The notes below the pieces were generated by a model, which was not told the DNA's origin, ran no database searches, and saw nothing but the letters and a program-made list of their open reading frames with translations. Source: Ranitomeya imitator (taxonomy: Eukaryota). From it: DNA of 64,000 bases. Every line of letters begins with the position of its first letter. The stretch's first letter is position 1. Of the stretch, positions 24,606 through 36,638 are shown piece after piece. The translations under genes were made by a program, and so were the position numbers. The stretch lies in contig NC_091282.1 of the NCBI RefSeq assembly GCF_032444005.1, forward strand, positions 364,126,001 to 364,190,000, given 5' to 3'.

Positions 24606-25550
24606 TGACTATCTGACAATGCTACTAACCCAAAAGGATTGGCTGAGCTAGATTACACCAAATGCTGTGACAAACACTTGCACAGTACTGGCACAGACCT
24701 GCCTAGCAAACAGTGCTATGAACTGCTGTAACCTACCCTGAAAAGGGCTGATATTACAACTAGTCCCGACTAGAGTTGAGCGACTTTTACTTTTTTCGGA
24801 TCGAGTCGGGTTTCGCGAAACACGACTTTGTCAAAAGTCGGATTGGGTGAAATCGGCCTATTATTGGGAAACGTCGGGGGCCGACTGAAGCACGAAACCC
24901 AATGCAAGTCAATGGGGAATCAAAGTCGGCAGTGAGTGGAGGACAGGAAAACACCTACAGTGCCCATTTTAATGCCAAAAACATCAATTCTTATTACTTA
25001 AGCTTGTCAATCTTAATTTACTTAATAATAATATTTAGGCATTGAAAACTGGTGGTCATTTGGCTAAAGTTGTGGGGGGTTGGGCTGGCTCAAGATTTTT
25101 GTGGGCCCAGGAAACGCGGAATACATCACGGCAATGGAGCAGGGAGAGGTAAGTATTTCAACTTTACAAGTGCTGTGATCCTGAGCAAGCAGGGGGGGCC
25201 CACTCGGTGGCACTGGCACAGGGCCCTTCATAGTACGGCGGTGTGTTTGACGGCGGGTGGTGCCTCCCACTGGCAGAGACACTTTTGCGTACTATGAGGG
25301 GCCCTGTGCCTGTGACATCTCCAACGAGTATGCCCCCCCCACCTGATGAAGGAATCTGCACTTTCATCTGCACCTTCCTCTTTGTCCCCATGTAAGGTGG
25401 TATAGTATGCGGGAAGGGAACTTGACTTTCAGCAGGGTCAGATTCTGGCTGTGTACAGTGCAAGGGGAATGTAGTGGTCTGGGTCAATGTACCAGCAGAC
25501 TCATCTAGCAGTGGCTGGGCAATGGGCAGGATGAGGCGGAAACACAGATA

Positions 25551-26490
25551 TAGGCCCAAATAATAAAGTAGGCTAAATGCAGTTCAAAATTGGTAACAGG
25601 ACTAAACAGGCGGCATTGCTTTGTTCAGTGGAGGACAACTGTAATGAGTGGCAGACACAGTTAGTAGGCCCAAATAATAAAGTAGGCTAAATGCAGTTCA
25701 AAATTGGTAACAGGACTAAACAGGTGGCATTGCTTTGTTCAGTGGAGGACAACTGTAATGAGTGGCAGATACAGTTAGGAGGCCCAAGTAATAAAGTAGG
25801 CTAAATGCAGTTCAAAATTGGTAACAGGACTAAAGAGGCGGCATTGCTTTGTTCAGTGGAGGACAACTGTAATGAGTGGCAGACACAGTTAGTAGGCCCA
25901 AATAATAAAGTAGGCTAAATACAGTTCAAAATTGGTAACAGGACTAAACAGGCGGCATTGCTTTGTTCAGTGGAGGACAACTGTAATGAGTGGCAGACAC
26001 AGTTAGTAGGCCCAAATAATAAAGTAGGCTAAATGCAGTTCAAAATTGGTAACAGGACTAAACAGGTGGCATTGCTTTGTTCAGTGGAGGACAACTGTAA
26101 TGAGTGGCAGATACAGTTAGGAGGCCCAAGTAATAAAGTAGGCTAAATGCAGTTCAAAATTGGTAACAGGACTAAACAGGCGGCATTGCTTTGTTCAGTG
26201 GAGGACAACTGTAATGAGTGGCAGACACAGTTAGTAGGCCCAAATAATAAAGTAGGCTAAAAGCAGTTCAAAATTGGTAACGGGACTAAACAGGCGGCAT
26301 TGCTTTGTTCAGTAGAGGACAACTGTAATAATTGGCAGACACAGTTAGTAGGCCCAAATAATAAAGTAGGCTAAATGCAGTTCAAAATTGGTAACAGGAT
26401 TAAACAGGCGGCATTGCTTTGTTCAGTGGAGGACAACTGTAATGAGTGGCAGACACAGTTAGTAGGCCCAAATAATAAAGTAGGCTACAT
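25551..26490. repeat. 114-bp tandem array inside hAT-C, about 8 units
   Basis: (T/G)AGGCCCAA.TAATAAAGTAGGCTAAATGCAGTTCAAAATTGG starts at 25551, 25665, 25779, 25893, 26007, 26121, 26235, 26349 and 26463. Confidence 0.95.
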
Positions 26491-27077
26491 GGAGGACTAA
26501 ACAGGTGGCATAGGTAGGTACAGGGGTGGGCTCCTCTGCTGAGTAGCAGACAGTGGTAGTAGGCGCAAAGTATTAACTGGTCTAAATGGAGGCCAGGGCC
26601 CCTGTATATTTTAATTATCATCTATCATTTCAACAAATTTGTATTGGCAGTGCCATTGAAGGATTTAACAGCACAGACTACACAGTGGTGGAGCAGGGAG
26701 AGGTAAGTATTGCAAGTGGTAGAGCACTGTTTGAGCTGGGGGGGAACACTCTCCTGGGCGGTGGTACTGGCACATGGCCCCTCATATTACGACAGTGTGT
26801 CTAACGTTGGTTGTGCACCACCACTGTCAGAGACACTTCATTGTACTATGAGGGACCCTGTGCCAGTACCGTTGCCCAAGAGTGGGCCCACCCACCTGTC
26901 CAGGCAAACGGCACACGCACGGGTGCTTGCTCCAGGTGGTGACCACGGCACTATGGGGGGAGTCAGCCCATTTAGGAAGGTATAAAAATGGCCTATGGTG
27001 GACATTCAGCAGCTGCAAATGGAGGAATTGGAGAAGTCAGTAAGAGGAGGCCAAAAGCAAGACATTTTTCCGGCAAG

Positions 27078-30000
27078 CTACGTGTCAGCAGGGGAAGGTG
27101 GGGCAAAATAATTTGAAATCCATGATTGGGTCATTTTAATGAAGGTTAGATCATCAACATTCTGGGTAGCCAGACGTGTCCTTTTTTCGGTCAGTATTAA
27201 AAGAGCAGCACTGAAGATCCTTTCTGATAGCACACTAGCAGCAGGGCAAGCGAGCTCCTGTAATGCATATTCTGCATATTCTGCCAATTCAGGCCAGGTG
27301 TCTATTTTAGATGCCCAGTAATCAAAGGGGAATGACCTGTGAGGGAGAACATCGATGAGGGAGGAAAAGTAGTTTGTAACCATACTGAACAAATGCTGTC
27401 TCCTGTCACTTTGAACCGAAGCAGCAGTACCTCTTGTGTCAGTGGTCATTGCGAAATCACTCCACAAACTGGTCATAAAACCTTTCTGTCCAACTCACCT
27501 TCGGATTTGTGCACCTCTAACACATCTGTCATGTTGCCCCCTACGGCTTGTGTGAGAACCATCACTGCTGCTGTGTGCTGGGAATGCCTGAACCAAACGG
27601 TCTACAAGAGTTGCTTGTTTGGTAGCCAATATTTGTTCAAGGTTCTCATGTGGCATGATATTTTGTAATTTTCCTTTATATCGTGGATCCAGGAGGCAGG
27701 CCAACCAGTAATCGTCATCGGTCATCATTTTAATAATGCGGGGGTCCCTTTTTAGGATATGCAAGGCATACTCCGCCATGTGGGCCAATGTTCCAGGTGT
27801 CAATTCACTGCTTGTGCTGGGTTCAGGAGCACTTTCTTGCAAATCAACATCACTTGAGTACCGCAACAACCCTGTACCTGACCAGTTTGTATTGCCCCTG
27901 AGAAGCATACTCCTCCCATAAATATTCATCCCCATCATCCTCCTCCTCTTCATCCACCACCTCGCCAAGGAGAGTTCCCTGAGCCGACAATGGCTGACTG
28001 TCATCAAGGCTTCACTCCTCCTCGGCTGCAGACGCCAGCTCCTTAATGTGCGTCAAACGTTGCATCAGCAGACGCATTAGTGGGATGCTCATGCTTATGA
28101 TGGCATTGTCTGCACTTACCAGCCATGTGCATTCCTCAAAACACTGAAGGACTTGACAGAGGTCTTGTAGCTTCGATCACTGCACACCAAACAACTCCAT
28201 GTCTGCCATCCAAGTGCCTTTTTGTGTATTTGCATCCTCTGTAGGGATTGTACTCGCTCAGGTGCGGTGGATGACACGTTTCATTAAAAGTACACAGGTT
28301 TATTGCTCCATAAACCACATAGCAACAGGAACAACAGGTAAACAGTCTTACTTCAGACAGTTGAATCCTCAATGTCCATATTAGAGCTCCGCTCTCTCTC
28401 AGACCTGTAGACATACAGGCTGTGCCATGTCCAGCACGTAGGCTCTCCAGCCTAAATATGGTCTCTGTGTGCTGTTCAGGATGTCTGTCCCCACTTGGAA
28501 CCGTCCAACACACAGGCCACTCTGCAGTGTTGAGCCAGGACACATGGAAGTCTGTCCACTCTTGCAGACTCCCAAACACACTCACCACATGGGCTACACA
28601 CACCTCTTTACATAAGTGTAACCACACCCAGATACCTGTCACATGGCCAGTCAGGTGAGTGTGACATCACCACAGGTCCTTCAACACAAAACCATCTTAG
28701 GTATTCAAACACGCCTCTTAGGGTGGGTTTGTAGGTGACTGAACCCACCCATCTCTCCAATCACTTGGAAGCCTTCCCAATGTAAAAAAATCCCTCAGCA
28801 GTAGATCTGCTTGAGCAAAACATACCCAGGCTTCCATCACAGGGCCACGCACCTCTGCGATACATACCGTCCATTAATCACATGACCTTTAGCCACGCTA
28901 CACCTCCCACAAATTAGTGAAAGCACGCCTCTGTTCGCACAGCCTCTGAACCATGTGCAGGGTGGAGTTCCACCTTGTTGCAATGTCAATTATGAGGCAG
29001 TGCTGGGGAAGATTCAGCAATCGCTGATGGTTCAGCATACGGCTGGAGTGTACAGGCGACCGGCGGACGTGCGAGCAAAGTCTTCGCACCTTCAGGAGCA
29101 GGGCTGGTTACTCCGGATAATTTTTGAGGAAGCACTGCACCACCAGGTTCAAGGTGTGAGCCACGCAAGGTATGTGTTCTGAAAGGGCTATGGCAGCCAT
29201 AATATTCCTTCCGTTATCACTGACTACCTTGCCTGCCTCAAGATGTACACTGCCCAGCCATGACTGAGTTTGTTGCTGTAAGTACTTGGCCAGTACTTCC
29301 GCGGTGTGTCTGTTGTCGCCCAAACACTTCATTTATAACACAGCCTGCTGATGCTTACCACTAGCTTTTCGATAATGGGGGACACCTCGTGTGCAACACT
29401 GGCAGCTGCGGATGGAGTGGTCGTGCAACTGCGCTCTGTGGACGAGCTTTCGCTTCAGGAGGAGGAGGATTGGTGGCGAACGCCTACAGCCAACTGTTTC
29501 CTAGACCGTGGGCTAGGCAGAACTGTCCCACTATGGCTGTCCTCTGTGGACCCTGCATCCACCACAATAACCCAGTGCGCCTTGATAGACACGTAACGTC
29601 CCTGGCCATGCCTACTGTTCCATGCATCTGTTGTGAGTTGCACCTTTCAACTGCCTCAGTGCATGGACAATGCGGTCTTTGACATGCTGGTGGAGGGCTA
29701 GGATGACTTTTCTTGCAAAGAAGTGCCGACTGGGTAGGTCATAGCGTGGTACTGCCTAGACCATCAGGTCTTTGAAAGCTTCGCTTTCAACCAACCGGTA
29801 GGGCATCATCTCTAACGAGATTAGTATAGCAATGTGGGCGTTCAAACCCTGTGTACACGGATGAGAGGATGAGTACTTTCTTTTGATAACGAGAGTCTCT
29901 TGTAGGGTGAGCTGGACTGGAGAGCTGCATATGGTGGAACTAGCGGTGGTGGTGGTGGACATGGCGGATTGAGAGAGGGTTGGTGATGGTATTCTTGGTG

Positions 30001-31249
30001 TTAGCCTACATACAGTGTTTCCTACCAATAACCTTGCGATTCCCTGACTGCTTTGGCCTTGTGACGATACCTCCACATTTGCTGCTGGTGGTGTCCTAAC
30101 AGGTGGGCTTACAGTGAGGGAAGCAATGTAGCATTGCTGACTACCTTAATTCTGAGCAGGTGCACCAACGGTGCGGGACGTTTGGTAGTTAGTCCAGGCT
30201 TGCAAGTGCATGCTGGTTAAATGTCTAAGCATGCACGTTGTATTTAAATTTTGAAGATTCTTCCCTCTGCTAAAGGTCTTTCAGCCTTTCTTACAGATAA
30301 CTTTTGACTGGTCATTCGGATCCTGGTTAAAAAATTGCCACACTGCACTCTTCCTTCTATGGAATACCTTTTCAGGCATTGCATGCTGTGGTACTTTCAC
30401 CGGATGGCCATGCTGTCCTAAAACTGTTTTTGTTTTTGACAAACATTTTTGGCCTGATACGGGCCTGCCAGATGACAGCTGTTGCGATGTAGATGGCTGC
30501 TGCGGATCATCCTCCTCCGCTTCTGAGCTACTGGCAGCGGCACCCTCTTCCCCCAATGGCTGCCAATCTGGGTCAACAACTGGGTCATCTATCACCTCCT
30601 CTTCAATGTCATGTGCACCTTCCTCTGTGTCACCGTGTAAGGTGCTATAGCGTTCGGGACGGGGCACCATAGTCTCAGCAGGGTCAGATTCTGGCTCAGT
30701 TCACTGCGAGGGCAATGTAGTGATCTGAGTCAATGGAACAGCATAATAATCTAGCTGTGGCTGTGCATCAGTGCACTCCATGTCCGATTCATCTTGTAAT
30801 GGGCAGTTAACAATTTCCCTTTCTAACCCAGGCACAGTATGTGTAAAGAGCTCCATAGAGTAACCTGTAGTGTCGCCTGACGCATCCTTCACTTTTGGTT
30901 TGGGTGAAGGACACAAGGAAACGTCTTGTTCCTGACCGGGAGCATCCACTGACGACTCGCTGCTTTTATATTTGGAACTTTCTGAAGAGGAGGCGAAAGA
31001 GCTAGAGGCTGAGTCAGCAAGGAAAGCCAAAACTTTTTCCTGCTGCTCCGGCTTTAAAAGCTGTTTTCCTACTCCAAGATAAGGGAGCCTTCGAGGCCTC
31101 GTGTAGCCAGACGATGACGCTGGCTCAACACCTCCAGCCTTAGGTGCTATTGTGCTTTTGCCACTACCACCAGATGCACCACCACCACCACCACCATCAG
31201 TACCAGCTGGCAACCACTGCCCACTGGCTCTTCCACCAGACTTCCTCAT
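27078..31249 (-). pseudogene. Degenerate hAT transposase, family C
   Basis: Start MRKSGGR at 31249, homologous to family B. Motifs AVWQFF, QLTTDAWNSRHGQG, VVSDNG, PCVAHTLNLVVQ, DIATRWNS, YWLACLLDPRYK and CPAASVLSERIFS. Many frameshifts, stops and deletions, plus an LTR insertion. Confidence 0.92.
28240..28902 (-). mobile_element. Solo LTR (663 bp, Gypsy-type) inserted in the hAT-C transposase
   Basis: TGTAG...CTACA termini and a perfect 4-bp TSD CCTC (28236-28239 and 28903-28906). AATAAA on the minus strand at 28299-28304. Removing the LTR restores colinearity with the hAT-B transposase. Confidence 0.88.
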
Positions 31250-31327
31250 TTTTTTGGAAAATCTAAGCAAAATAACAACCGTTATATGGTACTGTAAAAC
31301 AAGGTAGAAGGTGTATATAAACTTCTT

Positions 31328-31830
31328 GAGAATTTAAATCTCCCTTTTTTGTGGGAGACTGAACCAAAACTCAGGCCCAGTGTATATAACATCGCAATCT
31401 AAGTGGCAGAAAGTGGCTGGCTGACATACGACAAACTAACAGAACTGAAGTATATCCACTTTGTGAGAATTTGAATCTCACTTTTTTGGGGGGAGACTGA
31501 ACCAAAGCTCAGGCCCTGTGCATAAAACAACACAATGTAAGTGGCAGAAAGTGGACTGGCTGATATACGACAAACTAACAGGACTGAAGTATATCCACTT
31601 TGTGAGAATTTGAATCTCCTTTTTTTTGGGGAGACTGAACCAAAACTCAGGCCCAGTGTATATAACAACGCAATCTGAGTGGCAGAAAGTGGCTGGCTGA
31701 CATACGACAAACTAACAGGACTGAAGTATGTCCACTTTGTGAGAATTTGAATCTCACTTTTTTGGGGGGAGCCTGAACCAAAACTCAGGCCCAGTGTATA
31801 AAACAACACAATGTAAGTGGCTGGAAGATA
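31328..31830. repeat. About 137-139 bp tandem array in the 5' region of hAT-C, about 3.6 units
   Basis: GAGAATTT.AATCTC.CTTTTTT..GGGAG.CTGAACCAAA.CTCAGGCCC at 31328, 31465, 31604 and 31741. Confidence 0.88.
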
Positions 31831-32238
31831 TTTGAAAAAATACAAGGACTGTAGTACAATTTCAATCTCCCTACAATGATCTCAGCAAAAGTATGGCAGC
31901 AATAAAAAGGACTGCTGCACACAAAAGTGTGGACAAATAAACAAGATAACTGTGCAGAAAGGAGCAACAGGATTTTTGCTTTTAAAAAAGCAGTTGGCTT
32001 GCACAGCAGTGTGCAAACAGCAATGCAGCTATCAGGGAGCCTTATAAGGCAGTCTAATAAGCTACAGAGATGTTGCACAACAATATAGCCTCCACTGTCC
32101 CTGCAAAAAAATGGTGGTGTTGGACAGTGGAAATCGCTACAGCAGAAGTAGTTTGGGGGTTAGTTTTCCCCCCCTAACTATATCCCTTCTTCTGATGAAG
32201 CTGCAGCAACCTCTCCCTATGCTAAGATTGGCAGAAGT

Positions 32239-32383
32239 AAGATGGCGGCCGGCATGCACGCCCCTTTATAGCCCCTTTGACGACGCAGAAAGCAAGCCAA
32301 TCACTGTCATGCCCTTCTGTAAGATGGTGGGGACCGAGACCTATGTCATCACGCTACCCACACTCTGCGTCCTCCTTCATTGG
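32239..32383 (-). promoter_or_regulatory. Putative transposase core promoter of hAT-C
   Basis: On the minus strand: CCAAT (32379-83), inverted CCAAT (32297-301), TATAAA (32265-70) and YY1 consensus GCCGCCATCTT (32239-49). It points toward the transposase ATG and is conserved with hAT-B. Confidence 0.55.
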
Positions 32384-32557
32384 CTGAAAAATGGTGCTAA
32401 AAGCGTCATATGAAATGCGACTTTTGCGCGCAGATCGCCGACCTCATGGCCGATCCCACACTACTAGAATCGGGTCGGGTTTCATGAAACCCGACTTTGC
32501 CGAAAGTCGGCGATTTTTGAATTTGTCCAATCCTTTCCACTCAACCCCAGTCCCGAC

Positions 32558-32934
32558 TCCTCCCGATGCCCTTGCTTGTGTGCATCACATGCACATTGCT
32601 GTGTGTGTGCACTGCTGATAGGCTGAGAGACTGCACCGCCCCACTGTAAATGCGGGAAAGAAAAAAAAATGGAGATCGGCGTTATTTCAGCACAGATCTA
32701 TCTCCCGCTCCCCTCCCCTGTCCACTATAGACTGAAACAGTCTATTAACAATGATAAACAGTTTTAATGTGCAAATCAAGTTAGGCTATTGGTGAACGAA
32801 CAGTTATCGAACAGAAACTCGAACAGTCGAATTTTAAGCAAATTGTTCGAGTTCGTGGAACGACTCGAACACCGCCCAAAATAGCTCGAATTTGAAATTG
32901 GCGAACAGTTCGATTCGAACAACGCTCATCTCTA
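32558..32934 (-). mobile_element. hAT terminal segment (continuation of the 23920-24770 element that hAT-C split)
   Basis: Dense TCGAAC/GTTCG subterminal motifs ending in CGCTCATCTCTA (reverse complement TAGAGATGAGCG) at 32934, followed by GTCCCAAG. Confidence 0.8.
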
Positions 32935-33093
32935 GTCCCAAGCAGAGACTGGGGTATTTGTCCATATTATTGCAATAAGCCAAACATCTCATAGGGTGGG
33001 CAGATAAAAGCCTTTACTTGCTTAAAAAATTGTAAGACTCATTTTAAGTCTGCCCAAAGACATGTAGGACACTCCACAAATGTATGGAAGAAG

Positions 33094-33880
33094 GTAACAT
33101 AGTAACATAGAAAAATAGTTAGCAAGGCCGAAAAAAGACATTTGTTCATCCAGTTCAGCCTATATTCTGTCAGAATAAATCCCCTGATCTACATCTTTCT
33201 AAAGAACCTAATAACTGTAAGATACAATATTGTTACGCTCCAGGAAGACATCCAGGCCTCTCTTGAACCCCTCAACTGAGTTCGCCATCACCACCTAATC
33301 AGGCACGGAATTCCAGATTCTGACTGCCCTAACAGTAAACAATACTCCAGATGCAGAGAATGCCCCCTTGTGATCATCACCTTCCTTGGTATAAACAGAT
33401 CCTCGGAGAGATATTTGTATTGTCCTCTTATATACTTACATATGGTTATTAGATCGCTTCTTAGTCATCTTTTTTCTAGACTGAATAATTCTAATTTTGC
33501 CAATCTCTCTGGGTATTGTAGTTTCCTCATCCCCTTTATGAATTTTGGTGCCCTCCTTCGTATTGCTCTAGTTCCGTTATAACCTTCCTGAGCACCGGTG
33601 CCCAAAACTGTACACAGTACTCCATGTGTGGTCTAACTAGGGATTTGTACAGAGGCAGTATAATGCTCTCATCATGTGTATCCAGACCTCTTGTAATGCA
33701 CTCCCTGATCCTGTTTGCCTTGGCAGCTGCTGCCTGGCACTGGCTGCTCCAGGTAAGTTTATCATTAACTAGGAACCCCATGTCCTTCTCATTGTCAGAT
33801 TCACCCAGTGGTTTCCCATTCAGTATGTAATGGTGACATTGATTCCTTCTACCCATGTGTATAACCTTACATTGACTGCA
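33094..33880 (-). mobile_element. CR1 LINE 3' fragment (copies at about 40647-41433, 48293-49079, 55939-56725)
   Basis: RT C-terminus HYILNGKPLGESDNEKDMGFLVNDKLTWSSQCQAAAAKANRI..CITRG...ILPLYKSLVRPHMEYCVQFWAP, with a (GTAACATA)n 3' tail. Confidence 0.88.
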
Positions 33881-33954
33881 TTACATTGCTTAGTATCATG
33901 TGCAAAAATAGATATTTTACTGTGCACACCTTCTACCCGATCGTTAATAAGTAT

Positions 33955-34387
33955 GTTGAAGATGCTGTGGTCAGACGTGACAAAAGTTAAATTGTTAGGT
34001 TAATGATATGCCTGGCGCCAAATCAACACAGGTGATCATCCCAAGAACACCATCCCCACAGTGAAACATGGTGGTGGTGGCATAATACCGTGAGGATGTT
34101 TTTGGCAGCATCGACATGGAAAATGGTCGAAGTCAAGGAGAAGATGAATAGTGTGAAATACAGGGATATCCTTTAGCAAAACCTGATTGTCTATCAGTTA
34201 TTTGAGATGGGGATGAAGGTTCACCTTCCAACAAGACAATGACCAAAAGCATACTGCTAAAGCAACACTTGAGTGGTTGAAGGGGAAACTTGTAAATGTT
34301 TTGGAGTGGTCTAGTCAACATAAATACCTTAATCCTATTGAGAATCTGTGGACAGACTTGAAGATTCTTGTTCACCAGAGGAAACCA
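33955..34387 (+). pseudogene. Tc1-like (DD34E) transposase fragment (copies at about 41508, 49154, 56800)
   Basis: Across frameshifts: LWSD.TK..L...PKNTIPTVKHGGG...GCF...MN...Y.DIL...FTFQQDND.KHTAK.T.EWL...NVLEW.SQ...LNPIENLW.DLK. Confidence 0.85.
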
Positions 34388-34682
34388 TCCACTCCATGGT
34401 CAAGCCTTATCTGGAATACTGTGTCTAGTTCTGGGGACAACACTTTAAAAAAGACATTGAAAAACTGGAGCAAGATAAGAGAAGAGTTACCAGTATGGTG
34501 AGCGGATTGTAAAGTATATCCTATGAGGATACAGGATTACAGGATATGGGAATGTTTAGCTTGCAAAAAAGAAGACTTAATAGATGTCTTCAAATATCTG
34601 AAGGGATATCACAGTGTAGAGGAATCATTCTTATTCTCTTTTGCCCATGAAAAACAAGAAGCAATGGAATGAAACTGAAAGT
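34388..34682 (+). mobile_element. Second CR1-clade LINE RT C-terminal fragment (copies at about 41941, 49587, 57233)
   Basis: Reads MVKPYLEYCV.FWGQHFKKDIEKLE...VTSMVSGL...SYE...DMGMFSLQKRRL...FKYLKG...RSNGMKL across frameshifts. Confidence 0.7.
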
Positions 34683-34687
34683 AATAT

Positions 34688-35303
34688 ACAGGGTGGTGTA
34701 CCATATTATGGGTGTCATGTCCGAGCATTCCTACATGAACAGTTGTCTGAAAAGTGGATTGGTCTTTGTGGACCCGTTGAATGGCCATCAAGGTCTCCCG
34801 ATTTGACCCCCTTAGACTTTTATCTTTGGGGTCATCTGAAGGCAATTGTCTATACTGTGAAGATACGAGATGTGCAGCATCTGAAACAACGGATACTGGA
34901 AGCCAGTGCTATCATTTCTACTGCAGTGTTGCTATCAGTGTGTCAAGAGTGGGAGAAGCGGGTTACATTGAAAATGCAACACAATGGTCAGCACTTTGAG
35001 CACATTGTATAAGTGGTAATAAACTTATAAATAACTCACGAAAGAATAAAGTTACATTAAAACCAAGCACACCATTGTTTTTCTTGTAAAATTCTCAATA
35101 AGTTTGATGTGTCACATGACCCTCTTCCCATTGGAAAAAATAAAGATGGATCCAAAATGGCTGACTTCAAAATGGCTGCCATGGTCAAAACCCATCTTGA
35201 AAAGCTTTCCTCCTCCCATATACTAATATACCACAAACAGGAAGTTGATATCACCAACCATTCCCATTTTATTTAGGTGTATCCATATAAATGTCCCACC
35301 CTG
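34688..35303 (+). mobile_element. Tc1/mariner-superfamily element 3' half, DD41D (rosa/Visitor)-like (copies at about 42241, 49887, 57533)
   Basis: Q(D>G)GVPYYG..VRAFL.EQ...KWIG..GPVEWPSRSPDLTPLDFYLWG.LK..VY...GQHFEHIV*, with about 40 residues between the second and third acidic positions. Ends in TIR-like GGTGTATCCATATAAATGTCCCACCCTG. Confidence 0.72.
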
Positions 35304-35837
35304 TGCAATGTTATCAGTAATATAATTTAAAGTAAAAACTTGTAACATAAAAAACAAAATGGTAAAATGCCCTGCCAAAATATTAATTTGTTTTTTATTA
35401 GAATATGTAAAAAAAATCACATTATGCCTACACATTTTGGAACTGTGAATTTGTGTAATTTATTTTGTCTAGTTTTTGGTGATTTTATGGTGTGTTTTTT
35501 ATTTGTACCTTTTTCTTAATTTTAAAATTTATTTTAAATGTTTTTGCCTGTTTTTTATGTTTACCATTGTGAGTGGAGTTGAGAGTTTCCAAATGTTTTA
35601 GATTGATTTATCATTTGCAACCTGAAAAAAAGCTGCAAAGTTTGTTGCAAATGTACATTTTCCCACATAGTGATTTTATGTACATCAGAAACATTTTGCA
35701 AAAATGTGTAACTTTTTGCACTAAAAATAATAAAAATGATTCTTGACTTTGCCCATGATTCATTAATGTACATCATTATGAGGAACTTGGTGCAAAAAAA
35801 GTATACCACAAGGCAAAAAAAGAAAAGTGAGGAAGAA

Positions 35838-36430
35838 GAAGAAGCCAGTGGCAAAACGTGCGTTGGGATGAGAGGACGTTACTCCAGGATCCTGACTACA
35901 AGGTGAATCGGTCTCCTATTATTGCGGACACGATCCTTACTACTTACGGGCACTTTCTTTGATTCTATCTAAAGTTATTTGGTGGGTTACTTCTCACTAG
36001 TAGATATTACTATACAAACTGTTGGGCCAAGCATTGTATACATGTTGCCATTTTTACGTGTGGTATGCATAATACGTTTCAGTATTCTCCTTGCACTCCC
36101 GCGTTATCTGATCGATATTATACCTTTATTCGCTATGGCTGTGATCTAATCATTTAATTCATTACTCATATTGAGGTAGTTACTAAGCAAATGACCGAAA
36201 CGTTTTGATATTGTGATATGTGAAGCACTAGTCACTTTATAGGGGCTACCAGTTTTGCAAGTTTGTGATTCAGTCCTACTTAAGCATTCAAATATTGTAC
36301 CTCTACGGAGTGTTAGTTTCGGGTAGCCTGGACCGTCCTCTATGTGAAGCACACTGCTATGTTATTTTTTATTCTTGCATTTTAAATCTTTATGAATAAA
36401 AGTTAATTTTTAACCTTCCTTTTGTACCTT
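35838..36430 (+). mobile_element. Probable Penelope pLTR remnant (copies at about 43391, 51037, 58683)
   Basis: Starts with a decayed hammerhead 3' half GAAGAAGCCAGTGGCAAAACGTGCGTTGGG (compare 8015-8043). A splice donor AAG|GTGAAT follows at 35902, then an AT-rich tail with AATAAA. Same layout as 8007-8518. Confidence 0.5.
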
Positions 36431-36638
36431 AAATGGGATGCGTTTATAACATCTTTTAATATATTGTATGTGATTTTTCCAAAAATTTTAACTTTTTACT
36501 TTTGCATCCCATATAGCTTAAATAAGTTTTTTATCTTCAATTAGTTCATCTGTAACTGTTTTCATTATTTTTACTTAAGGAAAGTACGGTAAATGGGGTG
36601 AGAGAATTTGAAGATGGGGACAAGCGTTTATCACTTAA

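Larger units (their letters stand above)
24771..32549 (-). mobile_element. Full-extent hAT transposon, family C (7.8 kb), with perfect 8-bp TSD
   Basis: TIRs TAGAGTTGAGCG (24771) and CACTCAACCCCA (ends 32549). The direct repeat GTCCCGAC lies at 24763-24770 and 32550-32557. Internal degenerate transposase. Confidence 0.92.

Noticed and set aside
5532-26490. CRISPR-like or spacer-bearing arrays
   Set aside because: Units are homogeneous with no unique spacers, the context is eukaryotic, and there are no cas genes.
4547-32942. Treating 4555-32934 as one hAT insertion
   Set aside because: The flanking 8-mers differ (GTCAATAG vs GTCCCAAG, 5/8) and the TIRs differ at 3 of 12 positions. The two ends may belong to separate elements.
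34688-34697. CAGGGTGG as a left TIR matching the CCACCCTG end at 35303
   Set aside because: It falls in-frame on the transposase QDG motif, so the match is coincidental. The element is 5'-truncated.
36160-36212. Hammerhead-like TGAGGT...ACCGAAACGTTT in each cassette
   Set aside because: The CUGA part of the core and stem I cannot be formed; too degenerate to call.
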